Below the pieces are notes generated by a model, which worked only from the letters and a program-made list of their open reading frames with translations, did not search any database and was not told the origin of the DNA. From Eledone cirrhosa (lineage: Eukaryota), in the NCBI GenBank assembly GCA_964016885.1, contig OZ024740.1, positions 178,374,001 through 178,438,000 on the forward strand: DNA of 64,000 nt. The letters run 5' to 3'. The translations under genes were made by a program, and so were the position numbers. Numbering within the stretch: the stretch's first letter is position 1; each line of letters starts with the position of its first letter. Shown one piece after another: positions 13,001 through 26,211 of the stretch.

Positions 13001-13652
13001 TAGGAGAGGAGATATGAGAGGAGAGATTGGTGAATTAGTTAGAAGCCAAAGCGTAAAGGCATGTGCTGAATGTGGAATATGCAGTAGAAAGCAGGTAGGT
13101 GGCTGGGTTCATGCAGAAGTTAGGTAGGAAGAGCTGGGAATATTCATTAGTTAAGCAAAACAAGACCACAAATTTCACAAGTAAGACATTATTAAAAGAT
13201 TGTCAACATATTTTAGTTTGATGTAAGGAATGTAGGGAATAATAATAATAATATTAATAATAATAATAATATTAATATTTATAATAAATTTTACTTGTAG
13301 CTAATAAGTTAAATAGCTATGACTAACTTAGATAATTATAAGGTACCTCCCCTACATTGTCTCTCAATTAAAAATTTTAAAAATTAGCACTTAACTATAA
13401 ACTACCCACAATTTCTAATCTCTCGAGGAGTTACTTCCCCTGAAACCACCCTCTAATTAATTAGGTAAATATGTCCTTTGGCAGCCATCTTGTTACCCAT
13501 AGGCAGATCTCACACAATGCAGCCTCGACAGGTGAATACTACTTGATTATGGCTGACAACTGATGCAACCAAGACGCCATAGTGAAAAACCAATATATGG
13601 AACGTTATATTATGTAACATTCTCTCATTATTTTAATTTATATTCCTTTGAA

Positions 13653-13772
13653 GTTCCGAGGAGCCGCTCTGTTTTTTAAATATGTTAATTATTTTCAACT
13701 GAACCAGATCAATTATGATATATAGTCATCTGATCCAGAAATATCATATGGAGTAGCGAAACAATTGTAAAC
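13653..13772 (+). ncRNA. Hammerhead ribozyme motif (CCGAGGA core variant, expanded stem II)
   Basis: GTT-CCGAGGA-GCCGCTCT...GGAGTAGC-GAAA-CAATTG-TA-AAC. Stem I is short (3 bp). Confidence 0.65.
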
Positions 13773-16000
13773 GGACATTATTATTATTAATATTATTATT
13801 ATTATTCTCTACATTCCTTACATCAAACTAGTTGTGGTCCAACACCGGCCAAGTCATTAGATGGTTCTCCGAATTAAGGTCCAAGCAATCTATGAGGTTC
13901 ATCCAATTTGACATCGACAGCTATTACGCGTCAATAACCCCGGAACTGCTCAACAAAGCATTAACACTAGCCAGCACCAACTCGGACATAACCAATAATG
14001 AGATTAACATCATACTTATGGCTAGACAGACTATCATTGAATCCGACGGAGCATTCTGGACTAGAAAAGAGAGAACAGACAACTTTGACATCACGATGGG
14101 CTCAAGTGACTATGCGCAAATCACCGATTTAGTTGGAATTTACCTATTACATAACATCAGAGCCGAAATCCAATCCTTGCAAGGCGGAATATACAGGGAC
14201 GACGCCCTATTTGCAGTCCACAATTGCACTAATCGGGGCATTGATTCGCTAAAAAACAATTACATAGATTCTTTAAAAATAACGGTCTCACTATCACCAT
14301 CGAGCTGAATCATAAAGTAGTAAACTCCCTAGACGTCACCCTGGAACTCAACAATAACCTATATTACCCTTACCATAAATCAGGTGAAATACTCACATAT
14401 ATTAGCCCACACTCTAACCACCCACCGGCAGTCATCAGAACAGTAATCAAATCTATCTCGTATAGGATATCAATGCTATCAGCAAATGAGGAGATATTTA
14501 TAAACCATGCACGATATTATAATAAGGCTCTTTCTGAATCTGGTTATGAACAATCAATTTATTACATACCTAAATGCCATAACACAGCAATTCACCATAA
14601 TAAACTTAACACTAGAACTAGAAATACCTTAGAATATAGCCAGATTCGCCGGAATTTTAGCAGTAACAGCACCTATACAGGGAAGTTTAATGGTGGCAGC
14701 GGGCTGCTCCCCACTCCAAGTAGAAAACTAAAAATCAACCCTAGAATAGGAATGAGAAATGGGATGACAAATAACAAATCCCCAGGTAATAATAACCCTA
14801 GGAAGGCCCCTACCAACTACACTAGAACCCCTAGAAGGAATAGAGCTAGAAGTATCACCTGGCTTAATCCCCTATTCTCATCTAATCTAGCCACTAATAT
14901 CCCTAAACGATTCTTCTCTATCCTATCTAAACATTCCCCCCCAAACATAGGTATTACAAACTTTAAAAAAAAATAACATTAAAATCTCATTCTCCGCAAC
15001 GCCTAACCTAGCTAGCCACATCGCATTCAGTAACCATCATAAAAGAAGACAGTATAACTCCCACACCGCGGTACCACCACCCCTATCAAATATACCACGC
15101 CACTACACCAATAATTACTCTAGTAGCTACACCTCCCCCATCAAATCCTTCTAGCACTGACCTACCGCTTAGGTTAAACTACTTTACTCTCACTAACCGC
15201 AGAAGCAACTGCAACTGCCGTTACCCTAATGCATGCCCATTAAATGGACACTGCTTGACACCCAACATAGTCTATAGGTGCACGGTTAAAACTGCTTCGA
15301 ATACCAGCTCTTATATCGGGTCTACCTCTAACCCTTTTTAAGGTACGCTATAACGCGCACTCTTTTTCCTTCCGAGACCCTAGCAACAGATGTTCGACAT
15401 CGCTAGCTAGACTCATTAAAAACCTTAAATTAAGCAACGTTCAACACTCACTATGATGGGATATCGTGGCTAGGGCCCAACCGTTCAATGGACGAAAAAA
15501 TCTTGTAGTCTTTGTCTTACAGAAGCATATTACATAACTCTATCACGACCTCTACCGATTAACGATAGAACGGAGGTAACTATTAGCTGTCAACAGCTAA
15601 TTCCTTCGCCAATAGAATATTTGACCCATCTTAGTCATCTAGCCCCATTTTTACTTGTAGCTAATAAGTTAAATAGCTATGACTAACTTAGATAATTATA
15701 AGTTACCTCCCCTACATTGTCTCTCAATTAAAAAAATTTAATTTAGCACTTAACTATAAACTACATACAATTTCTAATCTCTCGAGGAGTTACTTCCCCT
15801 GAAACCACTCTCTAATTAGGAAGGTAAATATGTCCTTTGGCAGCCATCTTGTTACCCATAGGCAGATCTCACACAATGCAGCCTCGACAGATGATTACTG
15901 CTTGATTATGACTGACAACTGATGCAACCAAGACGCCATAGTGAAAAACCAATATATGGAACATTATATTATGTAACATTCTCTCATTATTTTAATTTAT

Positions 16001-16158
16001 CGGACGCCATGCTTTGACGCATAGAGTTACGGCCCTTGCCATTCTGAGTTCAAATCCCGCCTTGGTTAACTTTGCCTTTCATCCTTACTGGGTCTATAAA
16101 ATAAAGTACCAGTAATACACTTGGCAATCGCTGGCCTTGTGCCAAAAGTAGAAACAAT
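16001..16158 (+). mobile_element. 5'-truncated SINE (subfamily B) with TSD
   Basis: Diagnostic CTTTGACGCATAGAGTTACGGCCCTTGCCATT shared with the 40758 copy. Flanked by ATTATTTTAATTTAT. Confidence 0.88.
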
Positions 16159-16182
16159 TATTTTAATTTATATTCCTTTGAA

Positions 16183-16302
16183 GTTCCGATGAGCCGCTCT
16201 GTTTTTTAAATATTTTAATTATTTTCAACTGAACCAGATCAATTATGATATATAGTCATCTGATCCAGAAATATTATATGGAGTAGCGAAACAATTGTAA
16301 AC
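16183..16302 (+). ncRNA. Hammerhead ribozyme motif (CCGATGA core variant, expanded stem II)
   Basis: GTT-CCGATGA-GCCGCTCT...(79 nt)...GGAGTAGC-GAAA-CAATTG-TA-AAC. Palindromic stem III, GUA site. Confidence 0.7.
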
Positions 16303-16613
16303 GGACATTATTATTATTAATATTATTATTATTATTATTCTCTACATTCCTTACATCAAACTAAAATATGTTGACAATCTTTTAATAATGTCTTCCTTGT
16401 GAAATTTGTGGTCTTGTTTTGCTTAACTAATGAATATTTCCAGCTTTATGCACCTACCTTCTGCATGAACCCAGCCACCTAGCTGCTTTCTACTGCATAT
16501 TGCACATTCAGCACATGCCTTTACACTTTGGCTTCTAACTAATTCACCAATCTCTCCTCTCATATCTCCTCTCCTATCTCCATCGCTCTCTTTAAGATTG
16601 GTTACTCTTGAAC

Positions 16614-16677
<64 letters not shown>

Positions 16678-17038
16678 CGTGTGTGTGTGTGTGTGCGTGT
16701 GTATTTGTGTGTGCGTGTAAAACCTTTCTGTGAAAGCTTCGCGGGTAACAAAGCTTTGCTGAAGCATAATGTTGATGTTCCACAGAATGTCAGTAAATAT
16801 AACAATAATATCCTTTTTCAAAACCGAGTTCATTCTCATGTATGGATTACTAAGATCGCCAGTTCAGAAATTATTATCTCTCTTCTCCTCTCCGCCTTTA
16901 TATATATATATATATAAATATATATATATATAGGAACGAGTAGGACCCCTACTCGTTCCTATTACCAACTCTACTACCCTAAGTATTGAGTACTTTGGTG
17001 CGTTATGGTCCACCTGGCTCCTTACCACATTTCCTTCG

Positions 17039-17084
<46 letters not shown>

Positions 17085-17661
17085 CCAATGAGTAAAACTT
17101 AAACACTATCATTATTATCTGAATGGTAGCATTTGGCATTATGAGATAAAAAGCTGCAAATAGCGTCAGGTGGAGATTTATTTATTTATTTTCAATAGTT
17201 TAAATATTCGTTTTGGTAATTAAAAAAAAAATACTGCTAAATCAAATGATTACATTTGTTACGTTATTGATAGAGAACGGCATGTACTGGTTGTATGAAA
17301 CCTTATAGCAATAGAAGGAAGGAAAGAATAACGAAAAATAAATATATTCTGCGCATTATAACTTCCAATCAGATATTGGTAATACTAACACTAAGAATAA
17401 TCAAAATGAACAGGTCAAATATCCAACTTGTTCTCATTGGAATTATTGATTTCGGATTTTGGCGTAGGACCAACGATTTGGTAGTGATAAGGGTATGGTT
17501 GTTTGAAAGGTCTCTTGTGTATTTTTGCTGAATATTTGATAAACTCTGGAAAGTATGGATAAGCCAAGTACGACCCCCACATGTTAAAGCATAAAGAAGG
17601 TTAAAGAAATGTAACTTATATCTTTTGGTGTTTGATCTATTACCTTATAATTTGTATTACC

Positions 17662-19080
17662 ACAATCACCTTAATAATTGTTTCTACTTTTGGCACAAGG
17701 CCAGCAATTATCCCAGTGCATTACTGGTGCTTTATTTTATCGACCCCGTAAGGATAAAAGGCAAAGTTAATCTCGGCGGGATTCGAACGCAGAACGTAAA
17801 GGGTCATAACTCTATGCTGCAAAGCATAATGGTTTCTGATTTAGGCACAAGGCCCATAATTATGGGGTGGGGATCAATGTCGATTAATTCGACATCAATG
17901 CGTTACTGTTACTTTATTTTACCGACCCCATAAGGATGAAAGGCAAAGCTAACTTCGGTGGGATTTAAACATAGAACGTAAAGGGCTGTATCTCTATGCC
18001 ACGAAGTAGGATGTCCGACGCTCTACCCCACCAACATTTAAAGAATGATTCATGATTTAGGTACAAGACCAGCAATTTTAAGGGATGGGCAAGTCGATTA
18101 TATCGACCTCGGTGTGTGATTGGTACTTTATTTTATCAACCCCGTAAGGACGAAAGGCAAAAGTGACCTCAGCGGAATTTGAACGCAGAACGTAAAGGGC
18201 CGTAACTATAGACCGCAAAGCATGTTGACAGTCTCTCTACCGGTACTGCCAATCCACCGCCCTCCATCACCTTAATAATAATTTCAAGGCCAACAGTTTA
18301 AATGAAAGGGGAAAATTGATTAAGTCTCCCCCAGTGTATTACTGGTGCTTTATTTTATCGACTCTGTAAGGATGAAAGGCAAATATAACTTCGGCCCTTT
18401 ACGTTCTGAGTTCAAATCCCACCGAAAATAGCTTTGCCTTTCAACCTTACGGGGTCGATAAAATAAAACACCAGTAATGCACTGGGTTCGAATTAATCCA
18501 CGTTCCTTTCCCCCAAACTGCTGGTCTTGTCCCTATTGTAGAACAGTAATACACTGGAATAATTGCTGGCCTTGTGCCAAAAGTAGAAACAATTATTAAG
18601 GTGTTGTCCGATGCTCTACCGGTACTGCCAATCCAGCGCCCTGCATCACCTTAACTTTTAACTTTGGTCATCAAGGTGTCAAAATTGTAAGAAACGGTAC
18701 ATAATTTCAAGGAATTGATTCAATAAATTATTGATACATATTTTGATCAGGTCTGGATCGATTAAAGATAAAACAATCAACGCTGAGATTAGAACACAAA
18801 AGTAATAGAACTAAATACTTCAAGGTGTTCAACTTAGAATTTGTTCAATCTGATGAATAAATGTTTGTAAATTTCAATATTTCGTTATGCGTCAACAAGT
18901 TTGAGGGGAGGGGAAAGTCTATTAAATCGACCCCAGTCCGTTACTGATGTATTATTTATAGACCACAAAAAGAAAAGCTAAGCTCGGCGGGAATTGAACT
19001 CAGAATATAAAGCGACACAACTACATGGCGCCAAGCATTTTGTCCAACGCTCTACCGATTCTGCTAATCCGCAACCTTGA
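17662..19080. mobile_element. Cluster of about 7-8 SINE copies and fragments in both orientations
   Basis: Repeated TTTTATCGACCCCGTAAGGATGAAAGGCAAA-type cores near 17740, 17920, 18135, 18355 and 18960 (minus) and 18430-18480 (plus). Young and older variants are mixed. Confidence 0.85.
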
Positions 19081-19528
19081 TGTGTATTAAAATATTAAAA
19101 TGCATATGAAATGTCATAAGTAATTTCCATCAATGTGTAAGAATGATTAATTATGAGCAAAATTGTTCAGATTGTTGGGGTATAGGTGAAATGGTGTAGA
19201 TTACAAGTTAATTACCAGCCATGTAGTTTAAGAGACTGAATTTACTGCAAATGAGAAACTATATTATTTTGTTGTTTGTCTCTGGTCCATGTTTGAACAA
19301 TAATAACTATTATCAATGAACTATAGGCATTGGTATCCAGTCTTTTTAGAACGTTTGTCCCAGAGAATGACTTTAATTTATTTAGAGGTGGCAGAAGGAT
19401 TTACTTGGTATCTCTAGCACAATGGAGCAACCACCTAGAAGCTCCCTTAGAGAAGCGATGTAAATTGTGTTTCTGAGAAAGCCCATGTTTATTCAGTCTA
19501 GAGGCAATGAAGATACTAATAAATGTAA

Positions 19529-19584
19529 ACACACACACACAGACACACGCGCACACACACACACGCACGCGCACACACACGCAC

Positions 19585-19648
<64 letters not shown>

Positions 19649-19735
19649 ATACACACCCACACCCACACCCACACCCACACACACACGCATACACACACAC
19701 ACACACACACACACAGGCACACACACACACACAGA
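19529..19735. repeat. Imperfect (CA)n microsatellite
   Basis: Direct reading. It produces the spurious HT/CV ORFs. Confidence 0.95.
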
Positions 19736-20299
19736 TATACATATGTAATGCTGATGAACGACAACCAGTCATTGAGTCTAGAAATGTAAAAACAGACTCA
19801 TAAACACGCCACACACATACACACGCACACTCAAATCACATACGCATATATATAATCTACAGGCATAGCTTTTTTTCCAGTTTCCCGAAGCAATCGAAGC
19901 AACTGTATGAAAACAAATAAAAGTATATGCATGTTGGGGGATTGTTTGACTGTTTAATTTCAAGGGTATATGGTAGAAAGTGAAGCAAAGCCTATTACGT
20001 TACTAAGAGATATTATTTAATGTCTATTCTTATACAGAAACTGGCACAATTTGACGGCTGCGGCTTGAAAATGTCCGTCTCCACCATACACATATTTGGA
20101 GCAGCTTATAGGTTGGGAAATATGGATGATGTCTGAGGTAGGGATCATGGAAGATGTCTTAGTTCTAATATAGGCATTTAGTTCATGAGTGGCTTGGTTT
20201 TTATGAATGTATTTTTTACGAGTTTGGAATCAGATGGTCATATCACTTGATGTTTTGTTTATTGTTGGGTTTGTTTTCTGAGTGTATTATTTATATATA

Positions 20300-20492
20300 G
20301 GGCGCTGGATTGGCAGTATAGGTAGCGGTCGGACCATGCTTTGTAGCATAGAGTTAGGGCCCTTTATGATCTGAGTTCAAATCCTGCCGAGGTTAACTTT
20401 GCCTTTCATCATTACTGAGTCGATAAAATAAAGTACCAGTCACGCATTGGGGTCGATTGGATCGACTTCCCTCTCCCTCAAAATTGCTGGCC
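20300..20492 (+). mobile_element. Older full-length SINE retaining the central GGGGTCGATTGGATCGAC segment
   Basis: Box A/B head and GCCTTTCATC core, plus about 30 bp absent from the young copies. Confidence 0.8.
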
Positions 20493-20587
20493 TTTATTAT
20501 TTACGTATAGGGCATTTGATGATTGCTTGTTTGTTCTGGGTGTGTCTACGTTCGGAGTTTTATGTTTGATGGTCCTACTTGCTTCTT

Positions 20588-20665
<78 letters not shown>

Positions 20666-20722
20666 AGAAAGAAGAAACATTAGACATAAAATAAAAAAAT
20701 ATAATAAACCTAAATTCCTCAC

Positions 20723-20818
20723 TATCCTCGACTACGTAGTTTCGTGGCTACTTTGCAAAAACATTACATCATAGAGATGCAGTATTTTTGTGAAGTTTGC
20801 CGACTTATCAAGAGAATA
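20723..20818 (-). ncRNA. Decayed hammerhead motif in a solo PLE terminal-repeat fragment (about 20661-21230)
   Basis: Minus strand: TATTCTC-TTGATAA (from CTGATGA)-GTCGGC...GCCAC-GAAA-CTACGTAG-TC-GAGGATA. 7-bp stem I, 8-nt palindromic stem III, two core substitutions. Confidence 0.65.
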
Positions 20819-21237
20819 CCTCAACTAGAGTTTCAAAATACGTCCGTAGGACGCGAGATAGAATCCCGAAAGGCGGAGGGGGAACTTATCACGTGATACA
20901 GCGGTTAAGAAACAGAGTTAACCCTCTTATAACCAAGACAAAAATACCACAAAAGGCGGAGGGGGTATATATGTCAAAGCCATAGACGAGTTGGCTAGGA
21001 GGGCGAGAAGTGTGGTTAGTGTAAGCTTTATAGCAGTCACTACACTTCAGTGGTTACTCTACCGTAGGGAGTTATACACACTACAAAGAAATACACAGAC
21101 ATACACAGACATATACAGACATACACATATTATTCATCGAGCAAAAATGGTTAAGGTTGGCACCACACAAATTCAGGGATATATGTGGGTATATGCATGT
21201 ATATGTATGTATTCGCATGTGTCTGTGTATTTCTTTG

Positions 21238-21492
21238 TATTTGGAATTAACATGAGGTCAAAGTGGTCCCGATTGTCATAGGCGCACTAGGTACTATCTC
21301 AACGAGTTTCCAAGGATGGTTAAAGAAAATTGGTCCCGACGCGCTTTTTGGAACATCTCAAAAGGCATGTTTGCTGGGAACAGCAAGATCCCTCCGATAC
21401 GTCCTGAATATTTGAGGCTGCAGGTAGTGGCTTGATATTCATTTCAACAAACTTTCCAGTTAAATAACATCAATGACTGAGACTCAAAGAAC
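21238..21492 (+). mobile_element. 5'-truncated 3' end of the second Dong/R4 family, followed by (AAT)n
   Basis: Matches about 30967-31218 (GATTGTCATAGGCGCAC...GAGGCTGCAGGTAGTGGCTTGATATTC...ATCAATGACTGAGA). (AAT)n at 21493-21591. Confidence 0.9.
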
Positions 21493-21593
<101 letters not shown>

Positions 21594-22019
21594 CACTATC
21601 CCATCGCTGCCGCCACCACTCCTTCATTGCTACCACCACTATTCCCCTGTTAACTTGAGAGAGAAAGGGGAAGGTGGCGGTATCACTAGACAAGGGAGAG
21701 GCTAGCAAAAGATATAAATAGATTGACTTAGTGACCTGACCACCGGCCAAACGTCAACATCAACAACTATGGGACTGCTGGCTCACCCCTTCCTCACCAA
21801 CAATATAAAAAGCCCCGGCACCACCACCGACATAGCCAACAACAATAACAGCCAACTACAACAAAAAGTATATTATATTATTGTAATGCACTGGGTGATT
21901 GCTGGCCTTGTGCCTGGAGTGGAGACAATTATTAATAATTTCATTCTTAAGCCACGCAATGCTCACATTAAGGAACCACTCATGATAATAACAATTTAAA
22001 AAAAAACAACAAAAAGAAA

Positions 22020-25000
22020 ACCCCGTGACCAAGAAATACCGGGATGGCGGCCGGCGGGGAATAGCCATGTCTCTAGGGGAGAACGACCCCTCTAGTCTTG
22101 GTTGACTCTCGTTCTAGAAGTGGTAACACGAAATGATTACCCCTTGGCGGATAAGGATAAAACGCGACAAAATAAAGTAAATGTCTAATGATAAAATCTC
22201 ATACCGGATCGGGCGTCACCCGGGTAAAAAAGGGCCGCGTCCCTCAGAGAGGAACCAGACTGGGGTCGAAAAATCAGCAAATGGTTCAAACCTTCCCATC
22301 ACTTCGGAGCTGGAGACCTCCCATAACCGGAATACTCCTACTGTTGGCCCTCCATGCTCACCACCAAGAAATCCAAAGAAAAAGAGAGAAAAATGGTCAA
22401 GGGAAGATAATAAAGAAGTCCTTGAGGCTTTCTACACTGCCATGTACTACCCATCAAATACATCGAATACAGAACAGACATATATCAACTGGAAAAAGAA
22501 ACATCCCGAAAACAGAGGTTATATTGACAATAACAAACTAGCCAATATACGAAGAAATATTGTAAGAAAAAAGTTACTAACTGATATAGAAATTGATCAG
22601 ATCAAGCTATTAGCACAAAGTCAGCGAAGGGAAAATGAAACATGTGTCAGTGAAAACGAGGTAAACTGTAACACTTCGAATCCCAGGGTTGGGGTGGAAT
22701 CACTGGCAACAGAACAAATTAAAGAAAGGATCGAAAAAGTGGAGGGAGTGCATGCTCAGGATGAAACTCCAAATGAAAATAATGAGATCGTAAATGATAA
22801 AGAAATGAATGAGAATGAACTTGCCAACTTGAAGGATGAAATTATGATCGAATGGATGAAAATGAAAGAATCTGACATGGGGAAACGAGACACCCTCCCT
22901 AAGATCCAGAACTCCAAACAGAACCAAAAGATAATACACAAGACTAACATAATTCTCAAAAACATTATCATCACAAACAAACTAAACATTACTGATTTAA
23001 ATCATCTCTATTATGCATCGGCTAAAGTCACCACTCACTTATGTGGAGTGAAGATGAAAAAACAAAGGAATTCCCACAAGAAATCTACTTGGCAAGAGAA
23101 CATCAATCGCCAAATAAACCTTCTCCGATCTGACATAGAAATTTTAACAAACTATAAAGTAGGTGAACATGTTAAACAAACTAAACTTAGAAAATTGAAA
23201 AGAAAGTACAGTATAAAATCAACAAGTGACATAGACATGCTGATAGAAATAATCAAGCAAAAAGTGTCGGCCAAAGCTGCTCGTATAAGGCGCTTTGAAA
23301 AACGATCTAGATTCTATAAGGACAATAATATGTTCAAAAACAACCAAAGAAACTTCTACAGAAAAATTGGTAAGTCAACAATAACTGCTAAATCAATACC
23401 ACCCAAGGAGGAAGTGCAAGAATTCTGGGAAAAGACCTGGGCCGAAGAAAAAGTTCATAACATACATGCCCCATGGATAGACAGACAAATGAAAGATACA
23501 GCTCACCTTGATGAACAAATATGGGAAAATATAACAGTTGAACAGTTGCGCTTGGCTCTAAGAAAAACCAGCAAATGGAAATCCCCAGGAAAAGACAAAA
23601 TACAAAACTCAGAGTCTCATGAGCTGTTAGCCCAACTTTACAATGAAATAGTTAAGGAGCCAGAAAAGATACCATCGTGGCTAGTTAACGGCATTACATT
23701 CCTGCTTCCGAAGAATGATGAGACAAACAAACCCAAAAATTACAGACCGATAACTTGCTTGACCACAATGTATAAAATTTTAACATCAGTCCTAACTGAA
23801 TACACATATGACCACCTGATAACAAATGACCTATTTCCCATTGAGCAGAAAGGGTGTAAACGAGGCTCATATGGCTGTAAGGATCAGCTTCTGGTTAACA
23901 AAATGATACTGGAAGATTGTCATAATAGACACAAAATCTATCGATTGCTTGGATAGATTATAAAAAAGCATTCGATAGTTTGCCACACAGTTGGATTGAA
24001 AAATGTTTAGAGATTTTCAAAATATCCCCCGTTGTCAGGAGGTTTTTGTCATTCAGTATGAAGACATGGAGAACGACACTCCTTTTGAATAGTGAAACAA
24101 AATCACTGGAAGCTGGAGAAGTTAATATTAATTGTGGAATTTTTCAGGGTGACTCTTTATCACCGCTTTTATTCTGCATCGCACTTATACCATTAAGTAA
24201 AATGCTCAATGAAACAAAACATGGATATAAAGTCTATGACAAAACCATTAATCACCTGTTCTACATGGATGACCTGAAACTACTTGCAAAAAATGATAAA
24301 CAATTGCAAGGGCTATTATCCACTGTGGAGCAGTTCAGTGATGACATTAAAATGGAGTTTGGACTAGATAAATGCGCCAAAGCAACGTTCACCAGAGGAA
24401 AGCTGCTGAAGAGTTCAGACATTAATCTTGATCGGGGGAACGTGATAAGAGAACTTGATCAAGAAAAAACTTACAAATATCTAGGTGTTTGTGAAGGAGA
24501 CGGAATCAAGCACTCGACAATGAGGGAAAGGATAAGGAAGGAATGTTACCGCAGAGTAAGAGCAATCTTAAGAACGGAATTGAATGCAAGGAATAGGATC
24601 GATGCCATAAAACGCTTGCCATACCAGTAGTAACCTACAGTTACAATGTCATCAACTGGTCAAGCACAGAGATCCGTAGGCTCGATACAAAAATTCGAAA
24701 ATTCTTAACCATGCACAGAATGCATCACCCTAAGGCAGATATAGATAGAATATATCTACCTAGGAAAGAAGGAGGACGTGGGTTAATCCAGTTAGACATT
24801 GCGTTGAAAACTGCGACAATTGGATTATCTACATATCTAAGGGAATCACGTGATTGGATGATCAAACTCGTTTTGAAACACGAAAGCATCAAAAGATCAT
24901 ATTCCATTACAAAAGATGCACAACGATACAGTAATGGACTACAAATTTCAGAAGTCCCATTTACTGCTGAAATGGAAAACACAGAAAAAGCAAAGCAGGT

Positions 25001-25954
25001 AAAAGTAACTGCAAAGAAAGAACTGCTACAGAAACTGGCTAAGAAATGGCAAGAAAAGCCTCTGTATGGAAAATACCCAGAGCGAGCTAACAATCCTGAT
25101 GTTGACAAAACTTTAACCCATCAGTGGTTGGCATCCTCTGGACTGAAATCGGAGACTGAAGGACTGATTATATCCGCACAAGATCAGTGTCTGCCAACAA
25201 AAAATTACCAAGCCAACATAATAAAAAATGGGTGCAGCCCATTATGCCGTGTATGTAAAAAGCAACCAGAGACCATTGACCATATAATTTCAATGTGCAG
25301 TCCTATAGCTCCAACCCAATACCTAAACAGGCATGACAGAGCTGCACAATACATACATTGGATAATGTGTAAGCATTTTGACCTGCCCCATCAAAAGAAT
25401 TGGTGGGAGCATCAACCACCTCCCATACTTGAAAAAGATCACATCTCAATCCTGTGGAACTTTAGCATCCAAACAGACCGAAAAATAGATGCAAATAGAC
25501 CTGATATAATATTGAAGGACTTTAAAAAGAGGGTATGCCTGTTAATTGATATGTCCGTTCCAATAGACAAGAATGTATCTATAAAAACATTTGAAAAATT
25601 GAGCAAGTATAAGGACCTGGAGATAGAAATTGGAAAAATGTGGAAATTGAGAACTAAAACAATACCAGTGGTTGTAGGCGCTCTGGGAATGATACCTAAG
25701 GGGTCTATTGATTACTTATCGCAAATCCCAGGAAACCCGCGTATAGGAGAAATACAAAAGGTAGTACTAATGGGAACTGCCCATATACTAAGGAAGATTC
25801 TGTCAATATAAGTACATCACAAGTCTAAACACTAAAGATGCATGTGTGAGTATGTATGTTCTTTCTTGAACATGGCGAACCTTGTTGTCTCTTGAGGTCA
25901 CTGGTTGTGACTTGGTGATAACTCGTATGAACATAAAGCAAGATAAATGCAACT

Positions 25955-25955
<1 letters not shown>
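22020..25955 (+). mobile_element. Dong/R4-clade non-LTR retrotransposon, family 1 (RT + restriction-like endonuclease), frameshifted
   Basis: ORFs 22181..23956, 23980..24630 and 24711..25811: N-terminal KWSREDN..V...Y motif, WKSPG.D, NYRPITCL, EQKGC, FQGDSLSP, HLFYMDD, CRVC..ETIDHIISMC, RHD, NRPD..D, K..KY.DL. Ends in (AAT)n at 25956-26045. Confidence 0.92.
22181..25811 (+). pseudogene. Dong/R4 polyprotein with two frameshifts and a short deletion
   Basis: Colinear with the intact 27751..31143 ORF. Frameshifts near 23935 and 24610, and a few residues missing after KSPGKDKIQN. Confidence 0.88.
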
Positions 25956-26045
<90 letters not shown>

Positions 26046-26211
26046 GGGAAGAAGACGCACGAGGTGACGGAGGTCATGAAATCGCTCCCGTAAGTTTTGA
26101 ATTTTTAACATATTTAAATCATTTGTGAAATAACAACTCTTAGTACAAATGCTACGTAAAGCACCCGGCTTGAGCCCCCAAAAAATTCGGACCCAAAATA
26201 TATTGTTATAA

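Larger units (their letters stand above)
9464..13270 (-). mobile_element. PLE family 2, minus-strand near full-length copy with terminal direct repeat
   Basis: ORF pieces 12581..12940 and 11155..12384 (KDHK, FIQFDIDSYY, GGIYRDD, FLDVTLDL). GIY-YIG with CNCRYPNACPLNGHC at about 10480-10850. About 9465-9590 is repeated at about 13140-13270. Two SINEs inserted. Confidence 0.9.
13289..16620 (+). mobile_element. PLE family 2, plus-strand partial-tandem copy (pLTR 13289-13830, then 5'-truncated RT-EN-pLTR)
   Basis: 13289-13830 matches about 15649-16362 minus the SINE. ORFs 13832..14308 and 14473..14976 match the minus copy. Ends in TG/TA microsatellite. Confidence 0.9.

Noticed and set aside
22026-22116. 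Canonical HDV-like ribozyme in the Dong-1 5' UTR (GACCAA/TTGGTT, GAC-CCCTCTA-GTC, AGAAC/GTTCT pairings)
   Set aside because: P1-, P2- and P3-like pairings exist, but there is no GG for P1.1, no P4 and no C-(N)-A-A J4/2 strand, and Dong-2 does not share the fold.
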